From positions 1 through 64,000 of the forward strand of contig CAWJLW010000010.1 of NCBI GenBank assembly GCA_963843795.1: a stretch of 64,000 nt of DNA. Direction: 5' to 3'. The notes beneath the pieces are model-generated. The model had not been told where the DNA came from, ran no database searches, and saw nothing but the letters and a program-made list of their open reading frames with translations. Positions within the stretch are counted from its first letter, which is position 1. The number at the start of each line of letters is the position of its first letter. This document shows positions 1 to 8,876 of this stretch, piece after piece. A program made the position numbers and the translations under genes. Source of the stretch: an uncultured bacterium (GTDB lineage Bacteria; Armatimonadota; Abditibacteriia; Abditibacteriales; Abditibacteriaceae).

Positions 1-138
1 GGGATTGGCGACTTTGGGCGCTGCGCCGATAAGTTGGGCAGTTTCGGCTTCGAAAGTGCGTTTTTCTGCGGCATGGGCGGATGACGAAAGGGAAGGCATT
101 AGCAAGACACTGATCCACAAAAATTGGAACTGGTTCAT
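1..138 (-). CDS. 5' part of a secreted protein (signal peptide, then a CBM6/CBM35-like 'FEAE' start); runs off the window edge
   Basis: Manual translation from ATG at 138: MNQFQFLWISVLLMPSLSSSAHAAEKRTFEAETAQLIGAAPKVANP, open to position 1; AHA signal peptidase site; same strand as the GH43 cluster. Confidence 0.6.
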   Translation of the reverse strand, partial: MNQFQFLWISVLLMPSLSSSAHAAEKRTFEAETAQLIGAAPKVANP

Positions 139-209
139 GTTGTGAAGAAGATGCTTTTGTGGCCAAAGGGCTGATTCGAGAAAACGAAAAACCGGACAGG
201 CTGCTGGAT

Positions 210-1568
210 TTAATTGAATTGCCAGAAATCAAGGTTGAGTAACTGCCCTTCTTTTCCGGTGAACTTCAGATAAATATCCTGCACGCCGGTAGTGGGCGAA
301 ACTTTGGTGGACAATTTCTTCCAGCTCTGCGCGCCGCCTGTATTGCCAACTTCACAGGTGCCGATGAGCTTGCCATCGAGCGCGCCGAGGCGCAGTTCGA
401 TATTGCCGCCCTGAGTCGCGCTGGCAACCTGAGCGGTGAAATTCTTGGCGCCTTGTGTTCCGAAATCGACGCCTTTGACTTTGACCCAATCGCCGTTTTC
501 GAGATTGGTCAGGTTCATACCGCCAGCGCTCGAAAGTCTCGGTTTCGACGCCATTTTGCGCATTGAAAGTTTCGCCTTCGACGCGCGCGTAGGGGTTCAA
601 ATAGCCAACTGCGGCAAACCGTCGGTGGTGTATTCGATCTTTTGATGGTGCCATCGGCATTGTAATTCAAAACTTCCATGCCGAGATTGCGCCGGAACGC
701 TCCGGAAATGTCCGCCGCTTTAGCGGCGTTGCGGTCATGGAAGGCATGAAACCACTGGCCTTTAAACTCGAACTCTGCGGCATGATTGTTGTTGTTATTC
801 ACCGGCGGTTGCTGCGGCAATGGCTCCCTTGTAGGTGAAGCCGCTCGTTGGATTGTCGCTGGTCATGTAATCGATGCGCATGGCGGCGCGAGGATTGGAG
901 GAATAAGAGAAGTAGTAGATGCCGTTGCGTTTGTGCATCCAGGCGGCTTCGAAGAAATTTGGAGCCGTCATTTTCATCACTTCGCCGTCGAGCGAAATCA
1001 TGTCGCGGTTGAGCTTGACGACACGCACATTGTTATCGCCGTTGCCACCGAAATAAAGATAGGCTTGTTCGTCATCGTCAATGAAAACGCCGGGATCGAA
1101 AAGCCACATATTCTGGGCGGGCTGAACTCCCGGAGTGCGCCCATCCAAGAGATATTTTCCTCGCACATCGACAAACGGTCCGGTCGGACTGCTGCTGGAA
1201 ACCACACCGATATTCCCACCGCCATTGCCGAAATACAGGAAGAACTTGCCATCGCGCTCGATAGCTCCGGGCGCCCAGGTTTTCTGCGCCCATGTGGTGT
1301 CGCGCTTGGCGTCGAAAACCACGCCATGATCCGTCCAGTTCTTCAAATCGCTGCTGGAAACGCAGACGACATTGGGAATGTTGTAGCCGCCTTGAATGGG
1401 CGATTCGTCGTCATTCGAGCAGTAAAGATAAACGCGGCCTCCGCTGACCATCGCGGTCGGATCGGCCAGATAGCGATGGGACGCGATCGGAGAATCGGCA
1501 ACTGCGCAGGAAGAAGCGGCGAGCAAAACGCCCGCAATCAAGGTTTTGGAGAAATTTTTGGAGTTCAT
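210..1568 (-). CDS. Secreted GH43 xylosidase/arabinofuranosidase with C-terminal CBM6, broken by about 4 single-base indels (probably assembly errors)
   Basis: ORF 795..1568 has the GH43 motifs ADP, WAP, LFDPGVFIDDD and FEAAW. It continues in 515..820 (NNHAAEFEFKGQW..NADGTIK), 352..660 (YLNPYARVEGETF) and 210..563 (GDWVKVKGVDFG..DIYLKF..LDFWQF, CBM6). Confidence 0.85.
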
Positions 1569-1817
1569 AGTGAAGGGTCGGACTAATTATTCGGAGAGCA
1601 AATTTACTCTCGTATTGGATAAAAAACGCTTTGTTTTGTCACCGCACGCGGTTTGGTTGAGCGTGTAAATGTCAATTTCACGCGTTTTCTTACTGCAAGT
1701 ACTTGCAGCACACTTTTAAGCTCGGTTTCGTCACGGCAAGTACTTGCAGCACACATTTTCAAGTTTAAATGCGGCAAATGTTTGGATTTTAGCTGTCAAG
1801 AAATTCAGTCAATTTGG

Positions 1818-3200
1818 TTATGGCGTGGCGGTTTTCTTCCCGAATTTCCAATAATCAATCTTGAAAAGCGGGCCCGTGGCTTCGCCTTTGAAAACGAGAT
1901 AGAGATCATGAGTGCCGGTGGCACCGGTGACCGCAGTGGTATTGATTTTCCACTTGCCGCCGGTATCTGATACCGGAAGGGTGCCGAGGAGCGGTCCTGT
2001 CTGGTTGTCGAGGTGCAATTCGATGGTTCCGCCTTTGGAATCTTCGTTTTTGAAATCGCAGGCAACCGAAGCTGTGAATTTGTCCGCACTCCCAATGCCG
2101 AAGTTCACGCCTCCTACCTTGATGTAGGCGCCGTCTCGATTCGGGTAGATGGCCAAACCACCCGCGTTACTGGGTTCCGATTTGACGCCTTCGCTCCAGG
2201 CAATAGTTTCCGCTTCGGTGCGGGCATAAGGATCGAGCGTGCCAAGTTGCGGAACTCCCGCATTGTCCCACCAGGGAAGCGTGGTGATGGTGCCGTCCGC
2301 GTTGTAATCAAATTTCGCCACACAGACCGAACGCCTTTCCCGATGTTTATCGGTCAGCGCCAAATTCAGCCGGTAATTGAAGCCGAAAACATAGGAGCTA
2401 CCTTTGTAATCAATGATTCCTGGATGGTTTCCAGAAGAGCGTCCATCCGGTTGCATGATATAGCCCTTGTAAGTCCAAGGGCCAGTGGCGCTGTCGCTCA
2501 TGGCATACCCAATGCCTTCGGGACAACAGGTGGAGGCATAAGCCATGTAGTAGTGGCCATTACGTTTGTAAAACCAGGGGCCTTCCTGATAATTAGTGGG
2601 CTTGGAATCTACCTTCACGATGTCACCCGAATAGGAAGTCATGTCCTTATTAAGCTTCACATACCAGAGGTTTGGGTTGCCCCAGTAAAGGTAGGCTTGT
2701 CCATCGCTGTCAACAAAAACCGTCGGGTCGATGTAACCGTTGGCTTTGTCGATTAACGGATGGCCCAGAGCGTCGGTGAATGGTCCCAGTGGGTTGTCGG
2801 CGACGGCAACCCCGATGACATTCTTGGGCCATTCGGGGACGCTGACCGGGGCATACAAGTAGAACTTGCCGTCGCGCTCGACGACCTGAGCTGCCCAGGC
2901 ATCGTTCTCCTGCACGGCCCAGGGAAAAGTCGCCAGCGAGGCAACTTTGCCACGATCCGTCCAGTTCACCATGTCCGTCGATGTGTAGCACATCCAATCG
3001 AGCATCTTAAAATTGGTCGCGTCATCTTCGTCGTGACCGGTGTAAAGATAGACAACGCCATTGTGCACCAAAGGCGCTGGATCGGCAGTGAAACTGGTCT
3101 GCACGACGGGATTATCAGCGCGAGCGAACGTCATCCCAATTGTTGTGGTCACCAAAACAACTAGCGTAGCCAGCACGGTTTTATTGAAGGCTTTTTTCAT
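1818..3200 (-). CDS. Secreted GH43 glycoside hydrolase with C-terminal CBM6
   Basis: Signal peptide; TADPAPLV, AWAAQV, YIDPTVFVDSDG, YQEGPW and GNHPGI motifs; CBM6 tail (TEAETIAWSEG..HDLYLVFKG..IDYWKF). Confidence 0.92.
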   Translation of the reverse strand: MKKAFNKTVLATLVVLVTTTIGMTFARADNPVVQTSFTADPAPLVHNGVVYLYTGHDEDDATNFKMLDWMCYTSTDMVNWTDRGKVASLATFPWAVQENDAWAAQVVERDGKFYLYAPVSVPEWPKNVIGVAVADNPLGPFTDALGHPLIDKANGYIDPTVFVDSDGQAYLYWGNPNLWYVKLNKDMTSYSGDIVKVDSKPTNYQEGPWFYKRNGHYYMAYASTCCPEGIGYAMSDSATGPWTYKGYIMQPDGRSSGNHPGIIDYKGSSYVFGFNYRLNLALTDKHRERRSVCVAKFDYNADGTITTLPWWDNAGVPQLGTLDPYARTEAETIAWSEGVKSEPSNAGGLAIYPNRDGAYIKVGGVNFGIGSADKFTASVACDFKNEDSKGGTIELHLDNQTGPLLGTLPVSDTGGKWKINTTAVTGATGTHDLYLVFKGEATGPLFKIDYWKFGKKTATP

Positions 3201-3333
3201 AGGAATTTCTTTGCGAGAGAAAGTTTTGGCTCCCGTCTGCTATGTTGTGAGCAGTCATTGAGTTTCTCTAGCGTTGAGTAATCCATTTATGAGGTATGAA
3301 TGGATTACTAACGCGCTCTGAAGGAAAGATGAG

Positions 3334-5742
3334 TTATTTGGGCGCTGAAACACTCACGCGTTTGCCCTGATAACGGATCACAGCGTCGGGTTTTTGGGTG
3401 AGAGGAATTCCCGCGCCGTGGCTTCCCGAAACCCAGACGATGTTGAAGGTGCGCGCTTTGACCATGCCGGAAAACTCACCGGAGCGCTTGCCGATTTCCA
3501 GAGTGCGTTTGGCGTTGTTCCAGGAAATCGGGATAGTGGCATATTGGCCTTTTTCATAATTGTAGCCGTCGCGTTCATCTTCGTAGAGCATGAACTTGCC
3601 GTCCGCTCCACGATAGATGCGAAGTTCAATCGGATCAGCCGGTTTCTCACTCGAATACTGAAGAAATGGCCCCATCGGAATGATCGAACCGGGCCGCACG
3701 AACAACGGCATCGTTTCTACCGGAGCCGCAGCCTCAACGCGCTGGCCTGCGGGGGAAGTCGCACCCGTCCAGAAGTTGAACCACGGAGCGCCCGTGGCCG
3801 GCAAATAGAGAGATTGAGTTGTTGCGCCAGCGGAAGTGACCGGGGTCGCCATGATCGCGGGGCCAAAAAGATACTGGTCGCCGATGTTCAGCGCTTGCGG
3901 GTCATTGGGGAAATCCATAACCAGGGGCCGCATGAAAGTGCTGCCATTGGAAGTCACTTGCCACGACACCGAGTAAAGATAAGGCAACAGGCGATAGCGC
4001 AAATCCAGATAGTTCCGCATAATGCCCTGCGTTTTCTCGTCGAAGCGATAGAATTCACGGCCCGTTCCCAAGCCCGAAGCGCTGTGAACGCGAAACATGG
4101 GACAGAAGGCGCTGAACTGGAACCAGCGAGAAAAGAACTCTTGAAATTGCGGGTCTTGAGGGTTGCCGTTGCCCGTAGCCCGGTTGCTGAAGAAGCCGCC
4201 CGTATCCGTGTTCCAATAGGGAATGCCGGAAAGCGAGAAGTTCAGTCCTGCCGGAACTTGGGCGCGAAAAACATCCCACGTCCCCTGAATGTCGCCCGAC
4301 CAGGTGATGGCGCTATTACGTTGTTGGCCAGCGAACGCAGAGCGGGTGAGGATGACAACGCGTTTTTTGTCGGTGGTGGCTCGCTGACCCTGATAAATGC
4401 CAGCCGAGTGCAGCAGCGGATAAGCGTTGTAAACCTCGTAGCCCGGCCCCATGCCAGTTTTGTAATTGCGGAAACCCATGCCGCCGATTTCCGGCTCAGG
4501 GGCATCCAGCCACCAACCATCCACGCCCTTGGTGAAGATTTCATTGCGGATTTGCTTCCAATAAGTTTGGCGGCCCTGAACGCTGAACGGATCATACCAT
4601 TGCCCTTGGCCGGGCGGAAAAGCATACGATGTAATCTGAGGGAACATGCCACCAACGGCATTGAGTTCCTTGCTGTTTTCGCTGCCAAGGTCGAATTTTG
4701 CCCACACAGAAATGAGACTGTGCAAGTTCATCTCATGCAGTTCCTTGAACATGCCTGCCGGGTCGGGATAGCGCGCCGGATCAAAGATGTGGGATCCCCA
4801 GGTGTCGTTGCCCGGCGGCCAGTATTGCCAGTCCTGAACTACTCCATCCACCGGAACCTTGAGTTCGCGTAATTTGCGAGCCACGCCAAGCAATTCCTCC
4901 TGAGAAGCGTAGCGTTCCTTGCATTGCCAGAAGCCCAACAACCACTCGGGCATCATCGGAGCCGCGCCGGTCAGGTGCCGGTAAGACTTCATGGCCGATT
5001 CGATTGTCCCGTCGCCATAACAAAAGTAGTAATCAATCGCTTTGCCAGCTTCCGACGACCAGCGCGTGACCTTGGCGTTGGCAGAGGCTTCGTTGGCTCC
5101 AGTCGAGGAAATTGTGGTCACGGCGGCATTGTCCCAGAGCAGCATGTAGCCCTTGCTCGAAGTGACGACCGGAATTCCAACACCCATGTTCGATTGGGCG
5201 AGTCTGACGGTGCCACTACTGCCTGCACTATAATTCCACGCACCTTTCTGGTGCTGGCCGAGGCCGTAAATACCTTCGTTTGCAGCCGTTTCAAAAGACT
5301 GGGCGCAGGAAGTGACGGCGGCACCAGCCACGGTCGCAGGCTGAATCGCGCGGCCGCGAGCCGACTCTTGGAGCAATACACGGTCAGATAAATCAAGAAA
5401 AGTCACAGCCTCCGTCTGCTTGTCAATCCTCACCTTAAGATGGGGCGCTACCAGAGTGAAAGCCTGAGCATTTTGCTGACGCTTCAACTTCACAGCAGCG
5501 GGACTGGCGACGACGGAGAGACTTTTGAGGACTGGCACTTCTGCGGCAGCCGCGTAGGTGACGCGGGCAATATCATCAGACCAGAACTGGATGCGTAACT
5601 TGCCGCCATCAACACTGAATTGAGCTCCGTTGGTCAGTTGTTTCGACGCGGTAACTGCGGCGCGCGATGGAGCAACCGCGATGGCCAGCACGCCAAGAAT
5701 CAAGGCGCAGGAAGTCTGTAGTTTCATAGTGATTGGTGTCAT
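3334..5742 (-). CDS. Secreted GH31 alpha-xylosidase-like glycoside hydrolase
   Basis: GFWQCKERY, VQDWQYW, GWWLDAPEPE (nucleophile), WSGD, YWNTDTGGF, RWFQFSAFCPMFRVH; C-terminal DUF5110-like region. Confidence 0.92.
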   Translation of the reverse strand: MTPITMKLQTSCALILGVLAIAVAPSRAAVTASKQLTNGAQFSVDGGKLRIQFWSDDIARVTYAAAAEVPVLKSLSVVASPAAVKLKRQQNAQAFTLVAPHLKVRIDKQTEAVTFLDLSDRVLLQESARGRAIQPATVAGAAVTSCAQSFETAANEGIYGLGQHQKGAWNYSAGSSGTVRLAQSNMGVGIPVVTSSKGYMLLWDNAAVTTISSTGANEASANAKVTRWSSEAGKAIDYYFCYGDGTIESAMKSYRHLTGAAPMMPEWLLGFWQCKERYASQEELLGVARKLRELKVPVDGVVQDWQYWPPGNDTWGSHIFDPARYPDPAGMFKELHEMNLHSLISVWAKFDLGSENSKELNAVGGMFPQITSYAFPPGQGQWYDPFSVQGRQTYWKQIRNEIFTKGVDGWWLDAPEPEIGGMGFRNYKTGMGPGYEVYNAYPLLHSAGIYQGQRATTDKKRVVILTRSAFAGQQRNSAITWSGDIQGTWDVFRAQVPAGLNFSLSGIPYWNTDTGGFFSNRATGNGNPQDPQFQEFFSRWFQFSAFCPMFRVHSASGLGTGREFYRFDEKTQGIMRNYLDLRYRLLPYLYSVSWQVTSNGSTFMRPLVMDFPNDPQALNIGDQYLFGPAIMATPVTSAGATTQSLYLPATGAPWFNFWTGATSPAGQRVEAAAPVETMPLFVRPGSIIPMGPFLQYSSEKPADPIELRIYRGADGKFMLYEDERDGYNYEKGQYATIPISWNNAKRTLEIGKRSGEFSGMVKARTFNIVWVSGSHGAGIPLTQKPDAVIRYQGKRVSVSAPK

Positions 5743-5755
5743 GAGAGTTTCTGGC

Positions 5756-7537
5756 TTATTTCCTCGCCGGGATGCTTACGCCTTCCACCGTTTGCGTGAT
5801 CGGTTTAATCGTGCCGTCGGGGTTGAAGTAAAGATATTCCAGGCTGACCGACCGCCGCACATCGCCGCGCGGCAGATTGTTGAGCGTCGTTGAGCCATCG
5901 TGGTAGAAGAAATACCACTGCTTTTTAAATTCGATAACCGCCGGATGAATCGTGAAGCCAGTTTTGGCGGGGCCGGTGAGGATACCGCGATAAGTCCACG
6001 GCCCGGTGATTTTAGGCGCGGTCGCGTAGGCGATCTGTTCGGGCCCTACGCCAGGTTCGTCACACGCGTAAACGTTGTAGTAGAGATTCTCGCGCTTGAA
6101 AAGCCATGGCCCTTCGCCGTAGTTGGTGAAGGACACTTTCTTAATCGGGCCGTCGATCTCGGTCATGTTGGGCTTGAGCTTGGCCATATAACAATCGCCA
6201 TTGCCCCACGCCAACCACGCAGTTTTATCATCGTCGAAGAAGACGGTTGGGTCAATATCGACGTTGTTTTTGCGAGAATCGTTGGTCATGTCGTCGGTGA
6301 TGAGCGGCGTGCCACGCGCATCTTTGAACGGCCCCGTTAGGCTGTCACTCACCGCCACCGCAATACTGTGGCCAGGCCCGTTATTGCGATCTACGGTCAC
6401 GTAAAAGTAGAATTTGCCGTCCTTTTGTACCACTTGAGCTGCCCACGCAGTTCCTGGGCGACCAAACGCAAAATCGGCTGGCTTCAGCACCGGACCGTGA
6501 GCCGTCCAGGTTTTCATATCCTTGGTCGAATAGCAGAGCCAGTCGGGCATATTAAAAAACTGCCCGACTGTGGCGACATCATGGCCCACATAAGCGTAAA
6601 CCGTGTCGCCCACCACCAGCGCCGCCGGGTCAGCGGTGAAAGTGTCGGTGAAGAACGGATTCTGGCCGGGTACACGAGGCAGAGCTTCCCCTGAATAAGC
6701 ACTTCGTCGATGCCGCCGTCATGCACAACGGTGGTGCTCGGCGAACCGGCAGGAAATCCACGCCCGATAGTCCATTGAGCCGCATTGCGCGGCAGGGCTT
6801 TTCCTTTAAAAGTAATCGACGATGGTGTGCCAGCAAAATACCTGCCCCGATGACTTCGCACTGATTAGCAGCGTGGATTGACCGCTCTGAGGATTGTAAA
6901 TTCCCTGAGCATGGATGTCATACCATTTGCCGGCGTTCGCAGCGCCCGGCGCGAGCGCACGATATGGTTTGCCGTCAGCGCCCTTGACTTCCGCATAAAA
7001 TTCCTGCTGCATCGAATCATATCCGATGGACAGGTCGGCGATGATCGAACCCCTCGCGCCTTCTTTGCACAGAAAAACCTGATCGTATTCGGGAGTGTTG
7101 GTCATTAGGCTGGTGTCGATTGACCAGCTTCTCTGCATATCGTAATAAGCCAGAGGTCGATCAGTTGAGGAGAAATATTCCCCCTTTTTCAAAGTGAGCG
7201 AGCGGGTGTTGGGCTTTCCGTCCACCTGGGCACGGGGAACGTTTTCAGAAAAAACGTTGGGGGAAGCTCTGCCGCCCCGGACTTCCAAGAGATTGCCCTT
7301 ACCGGAATCATCAGCCACGAACGGCTGAGGGTCGCTCGGTCTGCGATCATCGGAGGTGAGTGGTTGGCCCACCACAGACGGCGCGAGATCGCCCTTGAGA
7401 TTCTGCACTTGTTCGAATCGCCAGTGCGCAAGTACTTCGGCGGACGCGGCAGGGCCTCGCGCCAGCGCCGCAGTTATTAACGCTCCCATCAGGGCTGAAG
7501 TCAGGGATCGGGAAACGATGTTGTGGTGAGAGATCAT
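5756..7537 (-). CDS. Secreted LamG/concanavalin-like domain fused to GH43, split by about 2 frameshifts (about 6840 and 6695)
   Basis: 6806..7537 gives the signal peptide and 'VLAHWRFE' lectin-like start. The middle frame gives WTIGRG..GGIDEVLI. The last frame gives NPFFTDTFTADPAALVVGDTVY, leading into GH43 ORF 5756..6616 (WAAQV, IDPTVF, YGEGPW, TIHPAV). Confidence 0.8.
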
Positions 7538-7815
7538 AATCTTGCGGGTTACAAATCGGGCTTTTCGGTGGTTGAAATTTCGGTCAATTCATTGGTGGCT
7601 CAATCTCTCGATAGACAGATTATGAATACTGATCACGTTAGTGATCGTCCCTCGCAAAAAATTAAAAAGCGCAACGTGGCGTATTGAACAACAGCATCTG
7701 CTCACGCGCGTGAGCAACGAGAAGTAGAACAAGTATCAGTGGCAACCCCAACTTCGGCAAGTACTTGTGTTCTACTTCAGGGTCATTCAGTTCTTGCAAA
7801 GTCGTCTCGAAAGAG

Positions 7816-7859
7816 TGTCATTTCGACCGAAGTGAGAAACGAGCGGAGTGGAGAAAGCT
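7816..7859. repeat. Partial REP-like intergenic element (TGTCATTTCGACCGAAG..GAGCGGAGTGGAGAAA type)
   Basis: Resembles from memory the widespread GTCATTTCGAC..AGCGGAGTGGAGAAATC repeat class; single, apparently truncated copy next to IS ends. Confidence 0.4.
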
Positions 7860-7956
7860 TACCGTTACGCACACTCTGGACTTGCCCCGTTTTAGTGGAG
7901 AATGAGATAAGCTCCTTTTTATGAGGAGCGAGATGAGAATCGAACGCAAGCAATAC

Positions 7957-8642
7957 TGGAGTTCACCCGCTAAATGCGGACAATCAGTTAAGCAAGGATT
8001 GCTCATATTCGTGCGGGCTGAGATAGCCGAGTGCCGAATGTTTTCGCTTTCGATTGTAGAAGATTTCAATGTAGTAGAACAGGCTGGCCTTGGCCTGATC
8101 GTGTGTCAGATAGTCTTCTCGATGCACCTCCTCATTTTGCACACGATGCCAGCGGCCTCCAGCCGTCTCTGATAATCATCTGCCGGTTCAGCAGGTTCCG
8201 CGCGACAGGCAAAGCATGACCATAATCTATAGTCGCCACAAACCGGCGTGGCTTGCGCATCACCAGATCGTCTTCCTTCATCAGTTCAGCCACACGCTTC
8301 TGGCTGCACTTGATTCCAGTTTCTGCAAGTCTCGATGAATGCGGGGGCTGACGTAAAGCCCCATGCTCGCATGGAAAAGCTCGCCAATCTGAGTCACCAG
8401 AAGCTCCTTGTGCTGGGCACGCTGGCTTACGGGCCGCTTTTGCCATTGATAAAACGCGCTGGCACACACACCTTCTGCACGCGCAGCAGGACAGTCATGC
8501 GGAACTGACCTTCATGCTCTTGAATGAATTGATAACGTATCTCCCTCGTCGCCGGCCCGGCTACGAGAAGATGCTGATGGCTTTTTTAAGACCTGTGGTT
8601 CCAGGCTCTTATTTAACTGTCCACATTTGCGGGTGAGTTCCA
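7957..8642 (-). mobile_element. Internally deleted, degenerate IS3-family element with imperfect terminal inverted repeats
   Basis: Left end TGGAGTTCACCCGCTAAATGCGGACA (7957) matches the reverse complement of the right end, TGGAACTCACCCGCAAATGTGGACA (8642), giving TG..CA ends. It contains the OrfA tail LKKAISIFS* with an A6G slippery site and OrfB fragments (SAFYQWQKRP..YVSPRIHRDL; KRVAELMKEDDL..RRFVAT..HALPVARNLLNRQ). No DDE domain is present. Confidence 0.85.
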
Positions 8643-8831
8643 CATTGATAGAGTCCCTGAAAAGTGTGCCGGAATGGACAGCAAACTCTTTTGTGCAAAC
8701 GCGCACCTATCAAATGGCACGCAGTGTCAATGTTGGCACCTATGTAGGGCACGTAAATTTTTAACCGCCAACCAAAAGCGCCCTGCAAGTAATTTGCAGG
8801 TGTCACGCGAAACATCTAATTCAAGCGCAAC

Positions 8832-8866
8832 AAAAACGGCCCGCCGCTATTTGGCGGGCCGTTTTT
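8832..8866 (-). terminator. Intrinsic terminator downstream of the 8877..11732 gene (lacks the iterated palindrome)
   Basis: AAAAACGGCCCGCC-gctattt-GGCGGGCCGTTTTT. Confidence 0.8.
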
Positions 8867-8876
8867 GGATTTCGCT

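Noticed and set aside
786..4872. Long plus-strand ORFs opposite the GH genes (786..1586, 2013..2756, 3394..4872) and similar antisense ORFs elsewhere
   Set aside because: Shadow ORFs antisense to well-supported genes, with no recognisable motifs.
7921..8172. Plus-strand ORF inside the IS region as a real gene
   Set aside because: It spans the IS terminus and lies antisense to the transposase remnants; no independent support.
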